Assembly (NCBI GenBank): GCA_965644295.1
Contig: CBFFRP010000645.1
Span: 131,326-195,325 of the forward strand
Direction: 5' to 3'
From: Paraphysomonas bandaiensis
Taxonomy: Eukaryota > Protista > Chrysophyceae
Length of the DNA stretch: 64,000 nt
This document shows, in pieces, positions 51,901 through 64,000 of this stretch (its first letter is position 1; each line of letters starts with the position of its first letter). A program made the position numbers and the translations under genes. The notes under the pieces are model-generated. The model was not told the origin of the DNA. It ran no database searches and worked only from the letters and a program-made list of their open reading frames with translations.

Positions 51901-54900
51901 CACAACATATATCCATACAGGTACACATACCGGATGACCACACAATCAATGTGCGGTAGCTCATAATCAACCATCACGACAAGTGCTGACAGTACGGGTT
52001 ATCCCATTCATGGCCTATCTCTCGCAATATGCCCACGACCATACCTATGAAACAATACATACCATTATAAACACATGCACGCAAACATATATAACCCAAA
52101 CCACAAAATAATAATACATACATGGCACACAACTATAGCATCAGACTAGGGTTATTTAAGACTATCATCATATTCGAAAATCGATTGAAACGTCCTTGAA
52201 TAAGTATCATGTGCTACGATGATTGGTATGCCATGCCCACAACTACACCACATTACATAGACACAACAGATATCCATACAGGTACACATACCGGATGACC
52301 ACACAATCAATGTGCGGTAGCTCATAATCAACCATCACGACAAGTGCTGACAGTACGGGTTATCCCATTCATGGCCTATCTCTCGCAATATGCCCACGAC
52401 CATACCTATGAAACAATACATACCATTATAAACACATGCACGCAAACATATATAACCCAAACCACAAAATAATAATACATACATGGCACACAACTATAGC
52501 ATCAGACTAGGGTTATTTAAGACTATCATCATATTCGAAAATCGATTGAAACGTCCTTGAATAAGTATCATGTGCTACGATGATTGGTATGCCATGCCCA
52601 CAACTACACCACATTACATAGACACAACATATATCCATACAGGTACACATACCGGATGACCACACAATCAATGTGCGGTAGCTCATAATCAACCATCACG
52701 ACAAGTGCTGACAGTACGGGTTATCCCATTCATGGCCTATCTCTCGCAATATGCCCACGACCATACCTATGAAACAATACATACCATTATAAACACATGC
52801 ACGCAAACATATATAACCCAAACCACAAAATAATAATACATACATGGCACACAACTATAGCATCAGACTAGGGTTATTTAAGACTATCATCATATTCGAA
52901 AATCGATTGAAACGTCCTTGAATAAGTATCATGTGCTACGATGATTGGTATGCCATGCCCACAACTACACCACATTACATAGACACAACATATATCCATA
53001 CAGGTACACATACCGGATGACCACACAATCAATGTGCGGTAGCTCATAATCAACCATCACGACAAGTGCTGACAGTACGGGTTATCCCATTCATGGCCTA
53101 TCTCTCGCAATATGCCCACGACCATACCTATGAAACAATACATACCATTATAAACACATGCACGCAAACATATATAACCCAAACCACAAAATAATAATAC
53201 ATACATGGCACACAACTATAGCATCAGACTAGGGTTATTTAAGACTATCATCATATTCGAAAATCGATTGAAACGTCCTTGAATAAGTATCATGTGCTAC
53301 GATGATTGGTATGCCATGCCCACAACTACACCACATTACATAGACACAACATATATCCATACAGGTACACATACCGGATGACCACACAATCAATGTGCGG
53401 TAGCTCATAATCAACCATCACGACAAGTGCTGACAGTACGGGTTATCCCATTCATGGCCTATCTCTCGCAATATGCCCACGACCATACCTATGAAACAAT
53501 ACATACCATTATAAACACATGCACGCAAACATATATAACCCAAACCACAAAATAATAATACATACATGGCACACAACTATAGCATCAGACTAGGGTTATT
53601 TAAGACTATCATCATATTCGAAAATCGATTGAAACGTCCTTGAATAAGTATCATGTGCTACGATGATTGGTATGCCATGCCCACAACTACACCACATTAC
53701 ATAGACACAACATATATCCATACAGGTACACATACCGGATGACCACACAATCAATGTGCGGTAGCTCATAATCAACCATCACGACAAGTGCTGACAGTAC
53801 GGGTTATCCCATTCATGGCCTATCTCTCGCAATATGCCCACGACCATACCTATGAAACAATACATACCATTATAAACACATGCACGCAAACATATATAAC
53901 CCAAACCACAAAATAATAATACATACATGGCACACAACTATAGCATCAGACTAGGGTTATTTAAGACTATCATCATATTCGAAAATCGATTGAAACGTCC
54001 TTGAATAAGTATCATGTGCTACGATGATTGGTATGCCATGCCCACAACTACACCACATTACATAGACACAACATATATCCATACAGGTACACATACCGGA
54101 TGACCACACAATCAATGTGCGGTAGCTCATAATCAACCATCACGACAAGTGCTGACAGTACGGGTTATCCCATTCATGGCCTATCTCTCGCAATATGCCC
54201 ACGACCATACCTATGAAACAATACATACCATTATAAACACATGCACGCAAACATATATAACCCAAACCACAAAATAATAATACATACATGGCACACAACT
54301 ATAGCATCAGACTAGGGTTATTTAAGACTATCATCATATTCGAAAATCGATTGAAACGTCCTTGAATAAGTATCATGTGCTACGATGATTGGTATGCCAT
54401 GCCCACAACTACACCACATTACATAGACACAACATATATCCATACAGGTACACATACCGGATGACCACACAATCAATGTGCGGTAGCTCATAATCAACCA
54501 TCACGACAAGTGCTGACAGTACGGGTTATCCCATTCATGGCCTATCTCTCGCAATATGCCCACGACCATACCTATGAAACAATACATACCATTATAAACA
54601 CATGCACGCAAACATATATAACCCAAACCACAAAATAATAATACACATGGCACACAACTATAGCATCAGACTAGGGTTATTTAAGACTATCATCATATTC
54701 GAAAATCGATTGAAACGTCCTTGAATAAGTATCATGTGCTACGATGATTGGTATGCCATGCCCACAACTACACCACATTACATAGACACAACATATATCC
54801 ATACAGGTACACATACCGGATGACCACACAATCAACGTGCGGTAGCTCATAATCAACCATCACGACAAGTGCTGACAGTACGGGTTATCCCATTCATGGC

Positions 54901-57900
54901 CTATCTCTCGCAATATGCCCACGACCATACCTATGAAACAATACATACCATTATAAACACATGCACGCAAACATATATAACCCAAACCACAAAATAATAA
55001 TACATACATGGCACACAACTATAGCATCAGACTAGGGTTATTTAAGACTATCATCATATTCGAAAATCGATTGAAACGTCCTTGAATAAGTATCATGTGC
55101 TACGATGATTGGTATGCCATGCCCACAACTACACCACATTACATAGACACAACATATATCCATACAGGTACACATACCGGATGACCACACAATCAATGTG
55201 CGGTAGCTCATAATCAACCATCACGACAAGTGCTGACAGTACGGGTTATCCCATTCATGGCCTATCTCTCGCAATATGCCCACGACCATACCTATGAAAC
55301 AATACATACCATTATAAACACATGCACGCAAACATATATAACCCAAACCACAAAATAATAATACATACATGGCACACAACTATAGCATCAGACTAGGGTT
55401 ATTTAAGACTATCATCATATTCGAAAATCGATTGAAACGTCCTTGAATAAGTATCATGTGCTACGATGATTGGTATGCCATGCCCACAACTACACCACAT
55501 TACATAGACACAACATATATCCATACAGGTACACATACCGGATGACCACACAATCAATGTGCGGTAGCTCATAATCAACCATCACGACAAGTGCTGACAG
55601 TACGGGTTATCCCATTCATGGCCTATCTCTCGCAATATGCCCACGACCATACCTATGAAACAATACATACCATTATAAACACATGCACGCAAACATATAT
55701 AACCCAAACCACAAAATAATAATACATACATGGCACACAACTATAGCATCAGACTAGGGTTATTTAAGACTATCATCATATTCGAAAATCGATTGAAACG
55801 TCCTTGAATAAGTATCATGTGCTACGATGATTGGTATGCCATGCCCACAACTACACCACATTACATAGACACAACATATATCCATACAGGTACACATACC
55901 GGATGACCACACAATCAATGTGCGGTAGCTCATAATCAACCATCACGACAAGTGCTGACAGTACGGGTTATCCCATTCATGGCCTATCTCTCGCAATATG
56001 CCCACGACCATACCTATGAAACAATACATACCATTATAAACACATATAATCAACCATCACGACAAGTGCTGACAGTACGGGTTATCCCATTCATGGCCTA
56101 TCTCTCGCAATATGCCTACGACCATACCTATGAAACAATACATACCATTATAAACACATGCACGCAAAACACATATAACCCAAACCACAAAATAATAATA
56201 CATACATGGCACACAACTATAGCATCAGACTAGGGTTATTTAAGACTATCATCATATTCGAAAATCGATTGAAACGTCCTTGAATAAGTATCATGTGCTA
56301 CGATGATTGGTATGCCATGCCCACAACTACACCACATTACATAGACACAACATATATCCATACAGGTACACATACCGGATGACCACACAATCAATGTGCG
56401 GTAGCTCATAATCAACCATCACGACAAGTGCTGACAGTACGGGTTATCCCATTCATGGCCTATCTCTCGCAATATGCCCACGACCATACCTATGAAACAA
56501 TACATACCATTATAAACACATGCACGCAAACATATATAACCCAAACCACAAAATAATAATACATACATGGCACACAACTATAGCATCAGACTAGGGTTAT
56601 TTAAGACTATCATCATATTCGAAAATCTGATTGAAACGTCCTTGAATAAGTATCATGTGCTACGATGATTGGTATGCCATGCCCACAACTACACCACATT
56701 ACATAGACACAACATATATCCATACAGGTACACATACCGGATGACCACACAATCAATGTGCGGTAGCTCATAATCAACCATCACGACAAGTGCTGACAGT
56801 ACGGGTTATCCCATTCATGGCCTATCTCTCGCAATATGCCCACGACCATACCTATGAAACAATACATACCATTATAAACACATGCACGCAAACATATATA
56901 ACCCAAACCACAAAATAATAATACATACATGGCACACAACTATAGCATCAGACTAGGGTTATTTAAGACTATCATCATATTCGAAAATCGATTGAAACGT
57001 CCTTGAATAAGTATCATGTGCTACGATGATTGGTATGCCATGCCCACAACTACACCACATTACATAGACACAACAGATATCCATACAGGTACACATACCG
57101 GATGACCACACAATCAACGTGCGGTAGCTCATAATCAACCATCACGACAAGTGCTGACAGCAATGGGTTATCCCATTCATGGCCTATCTCCTCGCAATAT
57201 GCCCACGACCATACCTATGAAACAATACATACCATTATAAACACATGCACGCAAACATATATAACCCAAACCACAAAATAATAATACATACATGGCACAC
57301 AACTATAGCATCAGACTAGGTTATTTAAGACTATCATCATATTCGAAAATCGATTGAAACGTCCTTGAATAAGTATCATGTGCTACGATGATTGGTATGC
57401 CATGCCCACAACTACACCACATTACATAGACACAACATATATCCATACAGGTACACATACCGGATGACCACACAATCAATGTGCGGTAGCTCATAATCAA
57501 CCATCACGACAAGTGCTGACAGTACGGGTTATCCCATTCATGGCCTATCTCTCGCAATATGCCCACGACCATACCTATGAAACAATACATACCATTATAA
57601 ACACATGCACGCAAACATATATAACCCAAACCACAAAATAATAATACATACATGGCACACAACTATAGCATCAGACTAGGGTTATTTAAGACTATCATCA
57701 TATTCGGAAAATCCGGATTGAAACGTCTTGAATAAGTATCATGTACTACATGATTGGTATGCCATGCCCACAACTACACCACATTACATAGACACAACAG
57801 ATATCCATACAGGTACACATACCGGATGACCACACAATCAATGTGCGGTAGCTCATAATCAACCATCACGACAAGTGCTGACAGTACGGGTTATCCCATT

Positions 57901-60900
57901 CATGGCCTATCTCTCGCAATATGCCCACGACCATACCTATGAAACAATACATACCATTATAAACACATGCACGCAAACATATATAACCCAAACCACAAAA
58001 TAATAATACATACATGGCACACAACTATAGCATCAGACTAGGGTTATTTAAGACTATCATCATATTCGAAAATCGATTGAAACGTCCTTGAATAAGTATC
58101 ATGTGCTACGATGATTGGTATGCCATGCCCACAACTACACCACATTACATAGACACAACAGATATCCATACAGGTACACATACCGGATGACCACACAATC
58201 AATGTGCGGTAGCTCATAATCAACCATCACGACAAGTGCTGACAGTACGGGTTATCCCATTCATGGCCTATCTCTCGCAATATGCCCACGACCATACCTA
58301 TGAAACAATACATACCATTATAAACACATGCACGCAAACATATATAACCCAAACCACAAAATAATAATACATACATGGCACACAACTATAGCATCAGACT
58401 AGGGTTATTTAAGACTATCATCATATTCGAAAATCGATTGAAACGTCCTTGAATAAGTATCATGTGCTACGATGATTGGTATGCCATGCCCACAACTACA
58501 CCACATTACATAGACACAACAGATATCCATACAGGTACACATACCGGATGACCACACAATCAATGTGCGGTAGCTCATAATCAACCATCACGACAAGTGC
58601 TGACAGTACGGGTTATCCCATTCATGGCCTATCTCTCGCAATATGCCCACGACCATACCTATGAAACAATACATACCATTATAAACACATGCACGCAAAC
58701 ATATATAACCCAAACCACAAAATAATAATACATACATGGCACACAACTATAGCATCAGACTAGGGTTATTTAAGACTATCATCATTATCTGAAAATCGAT
58801 TGAAACGTCCTTGAATAAGTATCATGTGCTACGATGATTGGTATGCCATGCCCACAACTACACCACATTACATAGACACAACAGATATCCATACAGGTAC
58901 ACATACCGGATGACCACACAATCACTGTGCGGTAGCTCATAATCAACCATCACGACAAGCGCTGACAGTACGGGTTATCCCATTCATGGCCTATCTCTCG
59001 CAATATGCCCACGACCATACCTTATGAAACAATACATACCATTATAAACACATGCACGCAAACATATATAACCCAAACCACAAAATAATAATACATACAT
59101 GGCACACAACTATAGCATCAGACTAGGGTTATTTAAGACTATCATCATATTCGAAAATCGATTGAAACGTCCTTGAATAAGTATCACACAGCGATGATTG
59201 GTATGCCATGCCCACAACTACACCACATTACATAGACACAACAGATATCCATACAGGTACATACATACTCGGATGACCACAATCAACGTGCGGTAGCTCA
59301 TAATCAACCATCACGACAAGTGCTGACAGTACGGGTTATCCCATTCATGGCCTATCTCTCGCAATATGCCCACGACCATACCTATGAAACAATACATACC
59401 ATTATAAACACATGCACGCAAACATATATAACCCAAAACCACAAAATAATAATATATACATGGCACACAATTCGTAGTAGACTTGTAGACTAGGTTATTA
59501 ACATCCATCACATTCGAAAATCGATTGAAACGTCCTTGAATAAGTATCATGTGCTACGATGATTGGTATGCCATGCCCACAACCGTCGTTCACATTACAT
59601 AGACACAACATATATCCATACAGGTACACATACCGGATGACCACACAATCAATGTGCGGTAGCTCATAATCAACCATCACGATAAGGCGATAGTACGGGC
59701 GCATCCGAATATATGGTCTATCTCTCGCAATATGCCCACGACCATACTCATGAAACAATACATACCATTATAAACACATGCACGCAAACATATATAACCC
59801 AAACCACAAAATAATAATACATACATGGCACACAACTATAGCATCAGACTAGGGTTATTTAAGACTATCATCATATTCGAAAATCGATTGAAACGTCCTT
59901 GAATAAGTATCATGTGCTACGACGATTGGTATGCCATGCCCACAACTACACCACATTACATAGACACAACATATATCCATACAGGTACACATACCGGATG
60001 ACCACACAATCAATGTGCGGTAGCTCATAATCAACCATCACGACAAGTGCTGACAGTACGGGTTATCCCATTCATGGCCTATCTCTCGCAATATGCCCAC
60101 GACCATACCTATGAAACAATACATACCATTATAAACACATGCACGCAAACATATATAACCCAAACCACAAAATAATAATACATACATGGCACACAACTAT
60201 AGCATCAGACTAGGGTTATTTAAGACTATCATCATATTCGAAAATCGATTGAAACGTCCTTGAATAAGTATCATGTGCTACGATGATTGGTATGCCATGC
60301 CCACAACTACACCACATTACATAGACACAACATATATCCATACAGGTACACATACCGGATGACCACACAATCAATGTGCGGTAGCTCATAATCAACCATC
60401 ACGACAAGTGCTGACAGTACGGGTTATCCCATTCATGGCCTATCTCTCGCAATATGCCCACGACCATACCTATGAAACAATACATACCATTATAAACACA
60501 TGCACGCAAACATATATAACCCAAACCACAAAATAATAATACATACATGGCACACAACTACAGCATCAGACTAGGGTTATTTAAGACTATCATCATATTC
60601 GAAAATCGATTGAAACGTCCTTGAATAAGTATCATGTGCTACGATGATTGGTATGCCATGCCCACAACTACACCACATTACATACACAACATATATCCAT
60701 ACAGGTACACATACCGGATGACCACACAATCAATGTGCGGTAGCTCATAATCAACCATCACGACAAGTGCTGACAGTACGGGTTATCCCATTCATGGCCT
60801 ATCTCTCGCAATATGCCCACGACCATACCTATGAAACAATACATACCATTATAAACACATGCACGCAAACATATATAACCCAAACCACAAAATAATAATA

Positions 60901-63726
60901 CATACATGGCACACAACTATAGCATCAGACTAGGGTTATTTAAGACTATCATCATATTCGAAAATCGATTGAAACGTCCTTGAATAAGTATCATGTGCTA
61001 CGATGATTGGTATGCCATGCCCACAACTACACCACATTACATAGACACAACATATATCCATACAGGTACACATACCGGATGACCACACAATCAATGTGCG
61101 GTAGCTCATAATCAACCATCACGATAAGTGCTGACAGTACGGGTTATCCCATTCATGGCCTATCTCTCGCAATATGCCCACGACCATACCTATGAAACAA
61201 TACATACCATTATAAACACATGCACGCAAACATATATAACCCAAACCACAAAATAATAATACATACATGGCACACAACTATAGCATCAGACTAGGGTTAT
61301 TTAAGACTATCATCATATTCGAAAATCGATTGAAACGTCCTTGAATAAGTATCATGTGCTACGATGATTGGTATGCCATGCCCACAACTACACCACATTA
61401 CATAGACACAACATATATCCATACAGGTACACATACCGGATGACCACACAATCAATGTGCGGTAGCTCATAATCAACCATCACGACAAGTGCTGACAGTA
61501 CGGGTTATCCCATTCATGGCCTATCTCTCGCAATATGCCCACGACCATACCTATGAAACAATACATACCATTATAAACACATGCACGCAAACATATATAA
61601 CCCAAACCACAAAATAATAATACATACATGGCACACAACTACAGCATCAGACTAGGGTTATTTAAGACTATCATCATATTCGAAAATCGATTGAAACATC
61701 CTTGAATAAGTATCATGTGCTACGATGATTGGTATGCCATGCCCACAACTACACCACATTACATACACAACATATATCCATACAGGTACACATACCGGAT
61801 GACCACACAATCAATGTGCGGTAGCTCATAATCAACCATCACGACAAGTGCTGACAGTACGGGTTATCCCATTCATGGCCTATCTCTCGCAATATGCCCA
61901 CGACCATACCTATGAAACAATACATACCATTATAAACACATGCACGCAAACATATATAACCCAAACCACAAAATAATAATACATACATGGCACACAACTA
62001 CAGCATCAGACTAGGGTTATTTAAGACTATCATCATATTCGAAAATCGATTGAAACATCCTTGAATAAGTATCATGTGCTACGATGATTGGTATGCCATG
62101 CCCACAACTACACCACATTACATACACAACATATATCCATACAGGTACACATACCGGATGACCACACAATCAATGTGCGGTAGCTCATAATCAACCATCA
62201 CGACAAGTGCTGACAGTACGGGCTATCCCATTCATGGCCTATCTCTCGCAATATGCCCACGACCATACCTATGAAACAATACATACCATTATAAACACAT
62301 GCACGCAAACATATATAACCCAAACCACAAAATAATAATACATACATGGCACACAACTATAGCATCAGACTAGGGTTATTTAAGACTATCATCATATTCG
62401 AAAATCGATTGAAACGTCCTTGAATAAGTATCATGTGCTACGATGATTGGTATGCCATGCCCACAACTACACCACATTACATAGACACAACAGATATCCA
62501 TACAGGTACACATACCGGATGACCACACAATCAATGTGCGGTAGCTCATAATCAACCATCACGACAAGTGCTGACAGTACGGGTTATCCCATTCATGGCC
62601 TATCTCTCGCAATATGCCCACGACCATACCTATGAAACAATACATACCATTATAAACACATGCACGCAAACATATATAACCCAAACCACAAAATAATAAT
62701 ACATACATGGCACACAACTATAGCATCAGACTAGGGTTATTTAAGACTATCATCATATTCGAAAATCGATTGAAACGTCCTTGAATAAGTATCATGTGCT
62801 ACGATGATTGGTATGCCATGCCCACAACTACACCACATTACATAGACACAACAGATATCCATACAGGTACACATACCGGATGACCACACAATCAATGTGC
62901 GGTAGCTCATAATCAACCATCACGACAAGTGCTGACAGTACGGGTTATCCCATTCATGGCCTATCTCTCGCAATATGCCCACGACCATACCTATGAAACA
63001 ATACATACCATTATAAACACATGCACGCAAACATATATAACCCAAACCACAAAATAATAATACATACATGGCACACAACTACAGCATCAGACTAGGGTTA
63101 TTTAAGACTATCATCATATTCGAAAATCGATTGAAACGTCCTTGAATAAGTATCATGTGCTACGATGATTGGTATGCCATGCCCACAACTACACCACATT
63201 ACATAGACACAACAGATATCCATACAGGTACACATACCGGATGACCACACAATCAATGTGCGGTAGCTCATAATCAACCATCACGACAAGTGCTGACAGT
63301 ACGGGTTATCCCATTCATGGCCTATCTCTCGCAATATGCCCACGACCATACCTATGAAACAATACATACCATTATAAACACATGCACGCAAACATATATA
63401 ACCCAAACCACAAAATACCATACAGGTACACATACCGGATGACCACACAATCAATGTGCGGTAGCTCATAATCAACCATCACGACAAGTGCTGACAGTAC
63501 GGGTTATCCCATTCATGGCCTATCTCTCGCAATATGCCCACGACCATACCTATGAAACAATACATACCATTATAAACACATGCACGCAAACATATATAAC
63601 CCAAACCACAAAATAATAATACATACATGGCACACAACTATAGCATCAGACTAGGGTTATTTAAGACTATCATCATATTCGAAAATCGATTGAAACGTCC
63701 TTGAATAAGTATCATGTGCTACAATG
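42943..63726. repeat. 361-bp tandem satellite array, ~57 copies, ~20.8 kb
   Basis: ctgacagtacgggttatccc at 42961, 43322, 43683 and onward (period 361); most units near-identical. Confidence 0.99.
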
Positions 63727-64000
63727 ATATAGAGGGTTATATATTGTACTAGTTATTTGAAATGCATTAAGTGGACTGTGTATGGTACAAAGCCACTGCA
63801 TCTTAAGCATCTTATTTTTATGTTTTCTATCTAGAAATATAAGATTTTTGATATGAAAAGTTGGAAATTGCTTTATATTGGGGTTATTTTGGTTCAAATT
63901 ATAGGAAATTGTTTGATATCGGGTATTTGTTTGAGTAATTGTAGGAAATTGAGTGATGTTTGTAAATTTTCTATGAAATAGTGGTAAATTTGGTCAAATG

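Noticed and set aside
55952-63475. Short ORFs inside the 361-bp satellite
   Set aside because: Arise only in units with indels or rearrangements; standard units have no listed ORF
42943-63726. CRISPR-like or telomeric interpretation of the array
   Set aside because: No unique spacers and a eukaryotic context; TAGGGTT occurs once per unit, not as tandem telomere repeats

Overview
Eukaryotic genomic DNA with short GT-AG introns. The gene set and AT/TA-rich style suggest a stramenopile such as a chrysophyte (inference only). The first ~29 kb holds seven intron-containing or single-exon genes: cyclophilin, a family-16 protein methyltransferase, a PH-kinase-EF-hand protein, UPF3, a WW-domain protein, a membrane hybrid histidine kinase, and a sarcosine/dimethylglycine dehydrogenase whose 4.7-kb intron is a 48-bp satellite. 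From ~31.2 kb a decayed Ty1/Copia element is split by a young, intact Ty3/Gypsy element (33406-42016; 1059-bp LTRs, 4-bp TSD). A ~20.8-kb array of a 361-bp satellite follows (42943-63726). The standout: each Gypsy LTR carries an antisense reading frame for an apparently complete SET (lysine methyltransferase) domain, and Pol ends in a chromodomain-like module. This is a possible self-contained chromatin writer/reader retrotransposon next to a centromere-like satellite. The element also has an IFDN instead of YxDD RT motif, an in-frame stop between gag and pol, TG...TA ends, no obvious tRNA PBS and a CCCH Gag finger. All calls are from reading motifs by eye; no searches were run.
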